DNA of 64,000 nucleotides from a virus (Duplodnaviria > Caudoviricetes). The position numbers and the translations under genes were made by a program. How positions within the stretch are numbered: the stretch's first letter is position 1; each line of letters begins with the position of its first letter. The notes under the pieces were generated by a model. It was not told the DNA's origin. It saw nothing but the letters and a program-made list of their open reading frames with translations, and searched no databases. Shown one piece after another: positions 36,150 to 46,153 of this stretch. The stretch lies in the IMG/VR virus record IMGVR_UViG_3300007513_000003; one strand, written 5' to 3'.

Positions 36150-37892
36150 TTATTCAATAGCAAATGAATTAGTAATATTTGCTATACCTTCCTGGGAAAA
36201 AGAATGATAAAGATATTGTTCAATAACAAATGAATGACTATATAATTTATTATTAATTTCAATGACGTCTATAAAAAATCCATACTTTTCATTGAAAAAG
36301 TTTAACTTTTTTACTAATTGGTCTGCCATAAACTTTAGAAAATAATAATGCTTATCTAGATAATACGAAAATGGTGCCAAGTCATAGCTATTTTGTTGCC
36401 TCTGCAATTGGTAATGGTTATACAGTGCCGATATGTTCCTAGATAAAAAATAATCTTGTATGTAATTTGTATCCATTATTAAATTTACATCTATCAAATC
36501 TAAATCTACATCTTTGTTTATAATACTTTTATATGTGCTATCAATGCCATTTAATGGAATTTCCTCGCCAAACGAATAACTTGAATTACTAAATTTAATA
36601 AATCTTATCTTAGATAAATTGTGTTTTTTTTGATAATTAATATCATAGGCTGGTGAATTTGGAAGTATTATCCAGGGATGAAGTAATACCAAGTCTATAT
36701 TAACGAGAGAAAATTCTTTAAACATATATATATTTTTTTCTAAGGTGGCGCCTGGTAAGCCATTTATAACCTCTGCTTTTATATATTGTCCTGCTTTTTT
36801 TAATGTTTTTATAAGTTCTTTATTTTCTTCCCAAGTAATACTTGGTCTATTAATATTATCCAAAACTTCTTTATCTATGTGTTGCAAAGAAACTTTAGAT
36901 ATGCTGCCTTTGGGTGTTTTTGAATTTTTGGCTTTATATAACTCAAGTTCTAATACACGATCTTTATGTAATTTTGCATTACTAGGATTTTCAAAATAAT
37001 GGTAATCATTACTAAAATTATCATGGCCAAACTTAACTACATCTACGTCATCTTTAAGTATTCCCACATTTGCATCCGTAATCATAAGAACTACATATTT
37101 AAGTTTTGATAAAAATTTTATTTCTTCCCTCCAATCCAATGTAGCTACATTAACTTTATGATGTAACCCAGAAGACCAGTCGCAAAAAGTACAAGCATAC
37201 GGACATCCTCGGACTCTTTCCCATGGAATAAATATAAACGAATCCGAATTACTGTCATTTTGTTTTGCATCCAGGCCTTTCGCCTCTAACCATTTTACTC
37301 TATTCTTTTTTGCAACTTCATACTCTTGTAGTAGATCTTGTTTTAAATCCAAGTAAGGATTATATGCTAGATGATCTTTAAATTTAAAAATCTTATACCG
37401 GGTTTTAAACTCTTTAGTTATTAAATTAGGAATAGTCTGCTCGTTTATTGGAGTAATAAAACTATCTAATAGCATTTGGAATGTTTCTTCACCATCTCCA
37501 TAACAAACATAGTCAAAATAAGGATTCTTTTTTGCGTATTCTGTGCCCAAAACATGTTCAACTTCAGGACCACCTGCTATTATAATACAATTAGGAAAGA
37601 CCTTTTTAATTTTCTTTGCTAATCGAATCGAATTATTAGAATTCCAAAGATAAAGGGTAAGACAAACAATATCAGGTTTTTTTTCTTTGATTACGTTAAA
37701 CGCTTTATTAACTTGGTTACCTTTTGTGTTGGGGCTGAACCCATTCTCATTCGGTAACCAGGTATAATTTTTATAATGTTTTCCTGTCTTTTTATAAAAA
37801 GATCTTAAACTATAAGAAACTAAACTGATTATGGGGCCGGTGTATCTCGACTGATCCGTGCCTGTATGTAAATTAATAAACTGCACTTTCAT
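36150..37892 (-). CDS. B12-binding radical SAM protein
   Basis: PDIVCLTLYLWN, IIIAGGPEV, DYVCYGDGEETF, RGCPYACTFC. Confidence 0.9.
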   Translation of the reverse strand: MKVQFINLHTGTDQSRYTGPIISLVSYSLRSFYKKTGKHYKNYTWLPNENGFSPNTKGNQVNKAFNVIKEKKPDIVCLTLYLWNSNNSIRLAKKIKKVFPNCIIIAGGPEVEHVLGTEYAKKNPYFDYVCYGDGEETFQMLLDSFITPINEQTIPNLITKEFKTRYKIFKFKDHLAYNPYLDLKQDLLQEYEVAKKNRVKWLEAKGLDAKQNDSNSDSFIFIPWERVRGCPYACTFCDWSSGLHHKVNVATLDWREEIKFLSKLKYVVLMITDANVGILKDDVDVVKFGHDNFSNDYHYFENPSNAKLHKDRVLELELYKAKNSKTPKGSISKVSLQHIDKEVLDNINRPSITWEENKELIKTLKKAGQYIKAEVINGLPGATLEKNIYMFKEFSLVNIDLVLLHPWIILPNSPAYDINYQKKHNLSKIRFIKFSNSSYSFGEEIPLNGIDSTYKSIINKDVDLDLIDVNLIMDTNYIQDYFLSRNISALYNHYQLQRQQNSYDLAPFSYYLDKHYYFLKFMADQLVKKLNFFNEKYGFFIDVIEINNKLYSHSFVIEQYLYHSFSQEGIANITNSFAIE

Positions 37893-37926
37893 AACGTATT
37901 ATATATTACATTATTATTTAACAATG

Positions 37927-38697
37927 TTATGAGCGGTAAAGAATTTTTTCCATACTACCTGCAGTTGGTGTGTGTACAAATCGTACTCTGTTATAAACTC
38001 CATTCCAGTTAGTATATGCAATGCCGGTTTTTGATGCCAAAGTTACAGTTTTAATGTCAAAATAATCGGCAGGCGCCACATTATCATTTAATGTTGCTTG
38101 TACTTTGATATCACCACTGTAACCATTTACATAAAATGCGGCAGTATGTAATCCTGTATTTTGGTTTAATTTTGACTCTGCCACTAAAGGATCACTGGTA
38201 TATGTACCGCCTGCTTCCTGGAAGTCTGCTAATTTTAATTCTAGACTTTCTTTTATGTCTGGGAACACTCCATCTAAGATTTGTAATTGGCCAATAACAT
38301 CATATGCGCCGTCTACGTACCCAATCATTTGATTTTCTTCACCGTCTACAACCTTCACTGAATAATTTAGATATTGGCTATCTAAATTTAACAAATCACC
38401 TTCTGTAATAGTAACCTTTGCCTTGCCATTAATACCATCTACAATCGTTGCTGTTTTATTTAAAAGCACACTTGTTCCGTCCGACGAGTTTAGTATACTA
38501 AACGTAATCGTCTTGTCTGTAATGGTTAAAGTTTTTTGGTTATCGTTTTTCAATTGTATTTGTATTGTGTTATCAATACCTTTGTATAATTTAATCGGAT
38601 GATTATACATTTCATACCCCCAATGTTGTTTGTCAGTGTCAACCTTAATTTTCAAATTAATAATTTGGTCATATAAATAGACAGTAGTAACTAGCAT
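37927..38697 (-). CDS. Probable baseplate/tail-associated structural protein
   Basis: Beta-rich; IKLYKGIDNTIQIQLKN; late promoter at 38717-38723. Confidence 0.55.
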   Translation of the reverse strand: MLVTTVYLYDQIINLKIKVDTDKQHWGYEMYNHPIKLYKGIDNTIQIQLKNDNQKTLTITDKTITFSILNSSDGTSVLLNKTATIVDGINGKAKVTITEGDLLNLDSQYLNYSVKVVDGEENQMIGYVDGAYDVIGQLQILDGVFPDIKESLELKLADFQEAGGTYTSDPLVAESKLNQNTGLHTAAFYVNGYSGDIKVQATLNDNVAPADYFDIKTVTLASKTGIAYTNWNGVYNRVRFVHTPTAGSMEKILYRS

Positions 38698-38726
38698 TTT
38701 ATAAAATCCTTTACTATATTTATTTT

Positions 38727-39101
38727 ATGTCTAACATTTATCAAGAACTAACCGAGAAATACCCGTTTATAAGTTATATCAAGTATGTTGATAAAGAGTT
38801 TATTGGCATTATTTTAAATAAAGATGCATCAATTATTAGTATATATGACTATAATGCGCTTCCTAGCATTAAAGTAAAGCAAAAATTTTTAGAATTGGGA
38901 GATGTCTGGTGGTGGGAATCCAATAGATTATTTCCTATTAACGTTTTTCTTAAAAAAGAATTTGTACCTTTCAAACCTTATATTAAAACATTTATGGCGA
39001 AAGATGTAGAAATAGTCCATGGCCCATATGTTAGTATGAATGAACTTGCTCAACGCAGAACAAAACGTAGAAATATTCAATTAGTCCAAAAGGTAAAATA
39101 G
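38727..39101 (+). CDS. Hypothetical protein
   Basis: 124-aa ORF with a WWWESNR motif. Confidence 0.7.
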   Translation: MSNIYQELTEKYPFISYIKYVDKEFIGIILNKDASIISIYDYNALPSIKVKQKFLELGDVWWWESNRLFPINVFLKKEFVPFKPYIKTFMAKDVEIVHGPYVSMNELAQRRTKRRNIQLVQKVK

Positions 39102-39106
39102 GTAAA

Positions 39107-40420
39107 ATGAGTGATAATGCACATCAAGTACACAATAGATCAATTATTAACACTAAACAGTCTAAATTACAATGTAGATTAAAATGGTCACTTAGCACCA
39201 TATTTTTAACTACAAATACGACTGCAAGTTGCCATAGATGTGATCATAATCCAATTACGGAAGATTTTAATTTTCATAATACTCATCAAAAGGTACATGC
39301 TCGATTGCAGATGTTGCGCGATGAGTGGCCAGAGTTAGGATGCGAACACTGTAGAGTTATTGAGCAGGCAGGAGGAATGAGTGATAGACTCTTACATGAC
39401 GACATGGGATTTGCCCCGTCATCTCCGCCTGAATTATTTGATAATCCAAATGCAGTTCATGTTACTCCAACGCAACTTGAAATATATTTCAGTAATCTTT
39501 GCCAATTATCCTGTACATATTGTGGTTCGTATTTTAGTAGTACATGGGAGGCAGAAGACAAAAAATATGGTGACATACATGATTTCATGTATCCTGATGA
39601 CCACAAGGCCGGCCGGCCTAATTATCAAGAACTTAAATATTTAGATAAAGTATTTGACTGGTTAGATAAAAATGGCCAGCACCTAAGATCATTATACATT
39701 TTAGGGGGAGAACCCTTTATACAACCACAGTCTGATCGTTTGTTAGATTTCATTGCAGGAAATGGTGATAAATTTAAAAATTTAGATTTATTCTTTTTTA
39801 GTAATCTATCAAGTGATAATATAGAACCAAAAATTATTAAATTAAAGCAACTTCTAGAAGAGGGTAGATTACACAATGCTCATATTGTCGGCAGTATTGA
39901 TTGTTGGGGTAAGGAAGCAGAGTATGTAAGATATGGACTAGATATAGAATTATTTGATAAAAACATGAAATATATAATCGACGCCGGACTTGACACTACA
40001 ATAAACATATGTTGGTCTCCTATATCTACTTTTACTATGCCTGATCTTATTGAAAAATATCAAGAATGGAATCAACGACATATTACGAGAGGGAAGGAAT
40101 GGGGTATGAATATTAGTTTAATGCAAGCCTCTGGTAAAGACTGGATGCACCCTTCAATATTTGGTCCGAAAATTTTAGATTGGGGATACAACCAATCAAT
40201 TGACATGTTAATAAATATTGCAAACGAAAATTCTGAAAGCACAACCAGGGAATCTGTCATTGAATATCTTGAAGGAATAAAAAAAGCAATTGAGTCGGAT
40301 ATTCCTAATAAAAAAGCACAACAGGAATTACATAGATATCTAACAGAACTGGATCGCAGGCGTGGAACAGATTATAGAGAACTTTTCCCTATAATCTACG
40401 AAGAGATTCATAAGCAATAA
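39107..40420 (+). CDS. Radical SAM protein with N-terminal SPASM/Twitch-like cluster
   Basis: SCHRC..CEHC, NLCQLSCTYC, LGGEPF. Confidence 0.88.
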   Translation: MSDNAHQVHNRSIINTKQSKLQCRLKWSLSTIFLTTNTTASCHRCDHNPITEDFNFHNTHQKVHARLQMLRDEWPELGCEHCRVIEQAGGMSDRLLHDDMGFAPSSPPELFDNPNAVHVTPTQLEIYFSNLCQLSCTYCGSYFSSTWEAEDKKYGDIHDFMYPDDHKAGRPNYQELKYLDKVFDWLDKNGQHLRSLYILGGEPFIQPQSDRLLDFIAGNGDKFKNLDLFFFSNLSSDNIEPKIIKLKQLLEEGRLHNAHIVGSIDCWGKEAEYVRYGLDIELFDKNMKYIIDAGLDTTINICWSPISTFTMPDLIEKYQEWNQRHITRGKEWGMNISLMQASGKDWMHPSIFGPKILDWGYNQSIDMLINIANENSESTTRESVIEYLEGIKKAIESDIPNKKAQQELHRYLTELDRRRGTDYRELFPIIYEEIHKQ

Positions 40421-40435
40421 AACATAAATACAGTT

Positions 40436-42061
40436 ATGCGTTTTAATGAATTTAAATTATTTGAAGCAAATTTATCGTTTGGTGATTTCCATCAAGCTGC
40501 TGAAGAACGATGGGATGTTTTTTTAAATCGCGTCAAAGGAAAGATTCCATGGGACGGCACAATTGCACCTACTTTGGGTGGGCAAGAATATGATTATCCC
40601 AAAGCAAGATCCGGAACGTATCCTTATAATATATACATTGGATACGCAAATGCCACCAGCCAAAGTAAACTTTTAAAGTCAATTCAATCAGGATCCTTCT
40701 ATGGCTATCTAGACGGTAAATCTTGGGTAGTACCGGTTTATGATCCTAAAACTAATACACAATTAGACAATTATAGAATTTCAAATCTCTTTAAAGATCA
40801 TCAATTTGCCGAACCACATCGTATTAAAAGTAAAGATCAAATCGCAAATTTTGGTAATTTAACAGAATCCTTGGCAGGTGCAGGTTTAACAGCAAAATTT
40901 ACTAAACGTGTACAAGGCGGAGTCCAGCCTATCGAAGTTAAAGACATTCTTAAAATAATTTCAAAATTAACAGTAGATAATAGTAGTAGTCAAGAAGTAA
41001 AAATTAATTCAAAAGAATTACACAAAGAAGACGTGGTGTATGCTTCTGCAGAATATAAAAGTAATTTACAAGATAAAATTGTTTGGAGAATTAAAACTCA
41101 AGAACAGGCTTTTAGGGAACTAGTAGCGATTGGAGAAGGGAAGCATTTAGATAATCCAAAACTATTAGGCTTGCTTGGGGCAGTTGCAAATTATGCTAAT
41201 TCTCGATTAATGACGCAATACTCTAGATTTTTTGCAACGAATCTCAAAGTTGATGAGATTATAGTAGATACCGACGGTATAGGTGGTGCCGCTTCCTTGC
41301 AGTCTGGAGGAGGTACTAAAGCAGACCTATTTATAGTTGCTAACGGAAAAAAACTTAGATATGCAAATCTTTCATTAAAAGCCACTAATCCAGATATTGG
41401 ACAACAAGCACTTGTTGGTAAACCACAAGGAAACCTAACAGCAGAAAAACTAAAAGATCATTTGTGGAACAATTTGATAACTTTATGGAAAGGGTTTGAC
41501 GATGGTACAAACTATATCAATGTTGAAAATATACTTTCAAAAGAAGAGTATTTAAATTCCATTGGTATCACTAGTGATATGGATTCTAATCAAATCGAAA
41601 AGGCAATAAACAGCCAATTACAAGCTAGCCAGAAAAAGGTTCGGCCCGGTATACAAAAAATGTTCAGCGCAGTTGCGAACAATATTAAACAAATTTGGCT
41701 TAAAAACGATGATTCACAATCAGAATACGATTTTATACAAGCACTGGTAAACTTTGTTGAATATCATGCAGCCAGAGAAGATAATGTAGAGTTAGTTGAT
41801 TTTAAGGCAACCGGCGATTATAGTGTCCATTCTTTTAAAAACTTATATAAACTACTTAAAGATATAGATTTTGATGTCGGGGAATATAAGACAAACGCGG
41901 GTAACGTAGGATTTAAAGTTTATGATATCAATAATCCAAAAGATGTATTGGTGTCTTTATATTTTCAGCCGAGAGCAGGGCAATCCACATATAAACTGGC
42001 TGTAAAAAAGGGACCTCTACTGAAGAAAGTTACTAATGTGAGTCACAAACGTAATAAGTAA
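40436..42061 (+). CDS. Putative internal head protein with a possible PD-(D/E)xK nuclease motif
   Basis: Leader MRFNEFKLFEA; ATAAATA 5 nt upstream; TKADLFI..LSLKA. Confidence 0.5.
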   Translation: MRFNEFKLFEANLSFGDFHQAAEERWDVFLNRVKGKIPWDGTIAPTLGGQEYDYPKARSGTYPYNIYIGYANATSQSKLLKSIQSGSFYGYLDGKSWVVPVYDPKTNTQLDNYRISNLFKDHQFAEPHRIKSKDQIANFGNLTESLAGAGLTAKFTKRVQGGVQPIEVKDILKIISKLTVDNSSSQEVKINSKELHKEDVVYASAEYKSNLQDKIVWRIKTQEQAFRELVAIGEGKHLDNPKLLGLLGAVANYANSRLMTQYSRFFATNLKVDEIIVDTDGIGGAASLQSGGGTKADLFIVANGKKLRYANLSLKATNPDIGQQALVGKPQGNLTAEKLKDHLWNNLITLWKGFDDGTNYINVENILSKEEYLNSIGITSDMDSNQIEKAINSQLQASQKKVRPGIQKMFSAVANNIKQIWLKNDDSQSEYDFIQALVNFVEYHAAREDNVELVDFKATGDYSVHSFKNLYKLLKDIDFDVGEYKTNAGNVGFKVYDINNPKDVLVSLYFQPRAGQSTYKLAVKKGPLLKKVTNVSHKRNK

Positions 42062-42069
42062 GGTATATA

Positions 42070-42639
42070 TTACTTTAATAAATTCATATGCACAACCACT
42101 AAATGTGCATAACCTACTGAGTGACTCTTTTTAAAATAATACGAATTAGGATCAGTTGGTACTTTCCAAACTTCTTGCCCTATTTCCTTCCACGTTCTAT
42201 TTGCTAGATAGCGTTTAGCAGGGCGTATTACTGCTAAAAACATTGCCATTCTAGGAATACTGTCAGGCATCATCTTCTTTATTAAATCATAATGATTGCT
42301 GATATGTATAATCTGTTCAGTATATTCTCTTTCAGCAAGTCTTTCCCACGGTGGCTCTGTAAACATTAAATCTATTAAATGTTCTTCGCTTTGTACTTGG
42401 TTGTATATATTAACATTAAGTAAATCTAATTTAAAGTATCCTCGCTCTTCTGCGTCCTTATGATCGAGTGAGCAAATACCTTTTACTGGGTCTGTTGGAA
42501 CATCAGTAAAATAAACTCCAGTATTATGTTTTATTAGTTCATTATTGCGTATAATAGTCGCAGGAGTATGGTTTTGTAACTTTTCAAGTACTTCGTTTCT
42601 ATTCGCGAAGTCTATATCAATGTCAAATTTAAGGCTCAT
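42070..42639 (-). CDS. Miniature DnaE-like (family C) DNA polymerase core
   Basis: DIDIDF, HNTGVY, FKLDLL, LAVIRP and YYFKKSHSVGY in DnaE order within 189 aa. Confidence 0.8.
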   Translation of the reverse strand: MSLKFDIDIDFANRNEVLEKLQNHTPATIIRNNELIKHNTGVYFTDVPTDPVKGICSLDHKDAEERGYFKLDLLNVNIYNQVQSEEHLIDLMFTEPPWERLAEREYTEQIIHISNHYDLIKKMMPDSIPRMAMFLAVIRPAKRYLANRTWKEIGQEVWKVPTDPNSYYFKKSHSVGYAHLVVVHMNLLK

Positions 42640-42830
42640 ATTGGTTTCTTGCTCTTGGTACAATTGGTAATGCTAACTAAATTCATAATTGGACGAACAA
42701 TGTATTCATCATTACGTGATACATTTACGCCACCAGGACCACATTTATATCCTAATTTTTCACTTAACCATAACTTATTAAACCATTTATGGTGGTGTGG
42801 GTATTTTTTATAGGCTTCCGAATCATCCAA
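42636..42830 (-). CDS. Short, probably truncated hypothetical protein
   Basis: WFNKLWLSEKLGYKCGPGG..YIVRPIMNL followed by a featureless tail. Confidence 0.45.
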   Translation of the reverse strand: MDDSEAYKKYPHHHKWFNKLWLSEKLGYKCGPGGVNVSRNDEYIVRPIMNLVSITNCTKSKKPI

Positions 42831-43008
42831 ATTTACTTTCCATCCATGCTATTTTATCTTTGAGGTGTAACTTTTCTTTCTTGAGTTCAGTTAACTTTGA
42901 GTGAGTTTCGCCTATGTCATTATTCTCTAGTTTCCAAATTATGTTATCTAATTCTTTATGCCGTTTCTTTAACAATTTTAAATCAAAATCTACTATATTA
43001 TCTGTCAT
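42823..43008 (-). CDS. DUF465/YdcH-like small coiled-coil protein
   Basis: LKKRHKELDNII..LKKEKLHLKDKI. Confidence 0.75.
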   Translation of the reverse strand: MTDNIVDFDLKLLKKRHKELDNIIWKLENNDIGETHSKLTELKKEKLHLKDKIAWMESKFG

Positions 43009-43017
43009 CGTTTTCTC

Positions 43018-43719
43018 CTACATGGTTGCTTCACTTAAAATGTGCTTTGCCCATTCTACGTCCGCCGGAAACGCTTCGAAGCGTTTACTCCAGTATACCG
43101 GATCTATGAAGTCATTTATTAATCCTAACTGCTCGTCTGTCATTTTATCGAGCATATCCATTCCTGTATCGCTATGGTATATAACCCATGGACTTATTTT
43201 CCCATTTCTTATTAGTGCTACTGCTTTATTAAAACTTACAAATTTAAAAAAATGATTGAACGAAGAATTGTTATTATTTGCCCAATCCTCCATACTTAAT
43301 ATGCTACGCTCTAATGCATCTCTAGCATTTTCTGTTTTAATATATGGAAGTAAATATTCTTCATACACAGAATCCTTACACCAATTATCTAACTTAATGT
43401 TACTTTTAATAACATAATCAATAAAGTAATCCGGATTGATTACGTTGATGTTTATAATATGTTTGCCAAACTTTACAAACGCATTATAATATTGGCTACT
43501 AGCAAAGTGCTGGTAGTCTTTAAAGTTAGCAGAACCTTGTGTTAGTTCATAAAAACGTTTATAAGCAATGTATCCTATCTGTACATGCTTTTCGTCTTTC
43601 TGTCCGTGTCTACGTTTTTGTTCACATACATGAGCCGCTAGTGTTTTTTCTCTAGCAAAACTCCTGTTACAAAATTTACATTCATAGCCACTGTTTGATT
43701 GACTTATCGTCGTATCCAT
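43018..43719 (-). CDS. Protein with N-terminal C2H2-like zinc finger
   Basis: CKFCNRSFAREKTLAAHVC. Confidence 0.7.
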   Translation of the reverse strand: MDTTISQSNSGYECKFCNRSFAREKTLAAHVCEQKRRHGQKDEKHVQIGYIAYKRFYELTQGSANFKDYQHFASSQYYNAFVKFGKHIININVINPDYFIDYVIKSNIKLDNWCKDSVYEEYLLPYIKTENARDALERSILSMEDWANNNNSSFNHFFKFVSFNKAVALIRNGKISPWVIYHSDTGMDMLDKMTDEQLGLINDFIDPVYWSKRFEAFPADVEWAKHILSEATM

Positions 43720-44149
43720 GTTCTATTGCTAATTGTTTGAGTTCCTTTTTATCGCATACTTCTGCATATGCTTCTATGTCACTAAGTTTCCACGACGTAT
43801 ATATTTCTTTGAGAAACCTAGTTTTCTTATTATCTTTTGTTTCTTTTTTCATTGGCAAATACTTGCGTTTAAATGTGCCAATGCTTGGATTGATAGCACA
43901 CAGTATTTTGTAAGTTAAGTCGGGATGCTTACTTACCTCCCAAAAGTTAATGTTTAGTTCATTATTGGTTGCGCGAATCATATACTCCTGTAGATCATTG
44001 GAGCCTGTTGCACTTGCGGAATATTTAAGTTGTAAATATGGGCTAAACGCTTTCTTTTTTTCTGCGCTTAAATTCTTGTACCAGTTGTAATCCTTTTTAT
44101 CTATTGCGTTAAATATTTCGCTTAATGGTAATACTGCTGGCTTAGGCAT
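43682..44149 (-). CDS. Possible clamp-loader small subunit (T4 gp62-like)
   Basis: IFNAID.K.Y..Y...KAFSPYL; size and context fit. Confidence 0.45.
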   Translation of the reverse strand: MPKPAVLPLSEIFNAIDKKDYNWYKNLSAEKKKAFSPYLQLKYSASATGSNDLQEYMIRATNNELNINFWEVSKHPDLTYKILCAINPSIGTFKRKYLPMKKETKDNKKTRFLKEIYTSWKLSDIEAYAEVCDKKELKQLAIEHGYDDKSIKQWL

Positions 44150-44681
44150 TCTCGAGTCCTTTTATATACTCTTTTATTGTAACATTTTCTAAGTATTTGT
44201 CAAGTTCAAATGGGCAATTATTAGCAATTCTAACAATTCTGCCTTTTCCTCTGTATCTGTTACATACTGCTTTAATGTTATATTGTTCGATAATAAAACC
44301 GCCTGATTCTTTATTACCGCTATAATAGTTTTCTGTGTCGTTATATATATTATTTACCTTTCCACTTGTACTTTCTAAATCAAAACCAATCATATGTATT
44401 TCGTTATGTGTTCGCATTGCTATTATTAATGCAATTAATCCTGAATTCATCATTGGTTCATATTCAGGAATATCTTCTAAATAATGCACATTTGCTACAT
44501 TAACGCCACTTTGTTCAAACTCCTCACGCATTGGTGAATCAAGTATTATTAAGTGATCTGGAATAAACTCTCTATATAAAGCATTGCATCCATAAATTTC
44601 CCACTCGTTTCTTTTAAACAAGTTTAAATCTATTTGCCTACGGCTTTCGCCATTGCCTACTACTAATGCTTTCACCACCAT
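44142..44681 (-). CDS. Glycosyltransferase/MptE-like Rossmann protein
   Basis: ALVVGNGESR, YGCNALYRE, NSG..A, HMIGFD. Start moved to MVVKA. Confidence 0.55.
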   Translation of the reverse strand: MVVKALVVGNGESRRQIDLNLFKRNEWEIYGCNALYREFIPDHLIILDSPMREEFEQSGVNVANVHYLEDIPEYEPMMNSGLIALIIAMRTHNEIHMIGFDLESTSGKVNNIYNDTENYYSGNKESGGFIIEQYNIKAVCNRYRGKGRIVRIANNCPFELDKYLENVTIKEYIKGLENA

Positions 44682-44953
44682 CCTGCCGCTACAACTATTC
44701 CTATTACATTTACAACGGCAAAATAACCTGTTAGTAATACCGGCCAAGCAAGTTTACGTCTGTAATATGCATAAATTCCTGTTATTGATCCTATTAAAAA
44801 GGCCGGATATACTATTAACATATTAGGATCGTCTGCTGTTAATGCCAAATTTAAACTCGCGGCTACAGTAAAAATAAAACTTACTAATTCAAAATAAAAT
44901 GCTACCTTGTCACTGTAGTAAGACTCTTCCCAAAATTTTAAAATTTTACCCAT
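44672..44953 (-). CDS. Small membrane protein (3 TM)
   Basis: Hydrophobic throughout; start moved to MGKIL. Confidence 0.65.
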   Translation of the reverse strand: MGKILKFWEESYYSDKVAFYFELVSFIFTVAASLNLALTADDPNMLIVYPAFLIGSITGIYAYYRRKLAWPVLLTGYFAVVNVIGIVVAAGWW

Positions 44954-46106
44954 TGCCAAATGTGCCAGAAAAGCCAAAGAAAATTCTATTTCTATTAAAG
45001 TCATCTGTAACTATATGAGAAAAATCCATCTCAAAGTTTAATGAGTTATCATCTTTCTCAAACAAATTGAATGTTTTTTTAGTTCCATACATTTGATAGT
45101 TGTCCGTCAAGTCAAACTTTAATTCAAAATCATAACTAGTGTGTAGGTAATAGGCGCCTATAGCAATGGCGGCTATACCTATGACTGCTAGAGCAGTATC
45201 AGAATCACTATTTTTCTTCTTAGGTGCATCTTCATGGCCACAGTATGTTATGTTTCTACCATTGCCTGTACCTACGGCACCCATAGAGCACATTAGATCA
45301 CCTAATGCTTTTGCTTGTGCCGACTCACTGAATAACGAATACTCAGAAACTACTACTGGTTTGCCCAGTTTCAATGCCTCAGTCAACATTCTTTTTGCTG
45401 TCTCTACATCTGATATGTAATCACCTGTAGTATGTCTACCTATTTGTAGATAGATGTAATCTGCATTGGTGTAGTATCGTGTATCGTGTTTGTATCCACC
45501 AACACCATCTGACAAATGTACCGCAACAGGTTTGTCTGTCTTTGACTTTATGAAAGCAACATAATCATTCACTTGTTCGGGTGACCAATACTCATCACAT
45601 TCTAGACAAGCAACATAGGCAGATGCTTGGTCATCATAGAGTCGGATGATTTTCTCCATGAATACCTTGTGGTGGGCGGCATTACCTTTCCAATCCCTGT
45701 GTGCAGATTCGGGTGTCATCCACAATACAGGTTTGAGTCCTGCTTGATTTAGTTCTATAAGTCTTTGCCTAAAGTTATCATTGGGGTCTACTATACCACC
45801 TGGCAAATGACCTCTAGAGGCACGGACATACATATCAATATGTGTATCACCGGTGTTGACTAGTCGTTGTCTAAAGTTTGCTCGTTCTGCATCTGTCCAA
45901 GTGTTAGACAAATACATTAAGGTTGTGTTAAACTTCTTTGACTGATCGCCAGTGTGTGGGCCTATCTTGCCTAATAGAAACGATGATCTTACGCCGTGAA
46001 GTGAATATGTTTTATCGTATGCTTGGCTTACACTTATACCTACTATGCTTAAACAAGAAAGATATATTACTAGTAGCGTGGGCCAAATAATTCGTCGAAT
46101 ATTCAT
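44946..46106 (-). CDS. Exported protein of unknown function
   Basis: Signal peptide, alpha/beta core, internal TM-like segment, beta-strand C-terminus; CTAAATA 5 nt upstream. Confidence 0.7.
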   Translation of the reverse strand: MNIRRIIWPTLLVIYLSCLSIVGISVSQAYDKTYSLHGVRSSFLLGKIGPHTGDQSKKFNTTLMYLSNTWTDAERANFRQRLVNTGDTHIDMYVRASRGHLPGGIVDPNDNFRQRLIELNQAGLKPVLWMTPESAHRDWKGNAAHHKVFMEKIIRLYDDQASAYVACLECDEYWSPEQVNDYVAFIKSKTDKPVAVHLSDGVGGYKHDTRYYTNADYIYLQIGRHTTGDYISDVETAKRMLTEALKLGKPVVVSEYSLFSESAQAKALGDLMCSMGAVGTGNGRNITYCGHEDAPKKKNSDSDTALAVIGIAAIAIGAYYLHTSYDFELKFDLTDNYQMYGTKKTFNLFEKDDNSLNFEMDFSHIVTDDFNRNRIFFGFSGTFGNG

Positions 46107-46145
46107 ATGAATATTTAGTTGTTTTCATATGAATATTTAGTTGTT
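46102..46145. repeat. 22-bp tandem duplication of a late promoter plus ATG
   Basis: TTCATATGAATATTTAGTTGTT x2. Confidence 0.9.
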
Positions 46146-46153
46146 TAGTTTTT

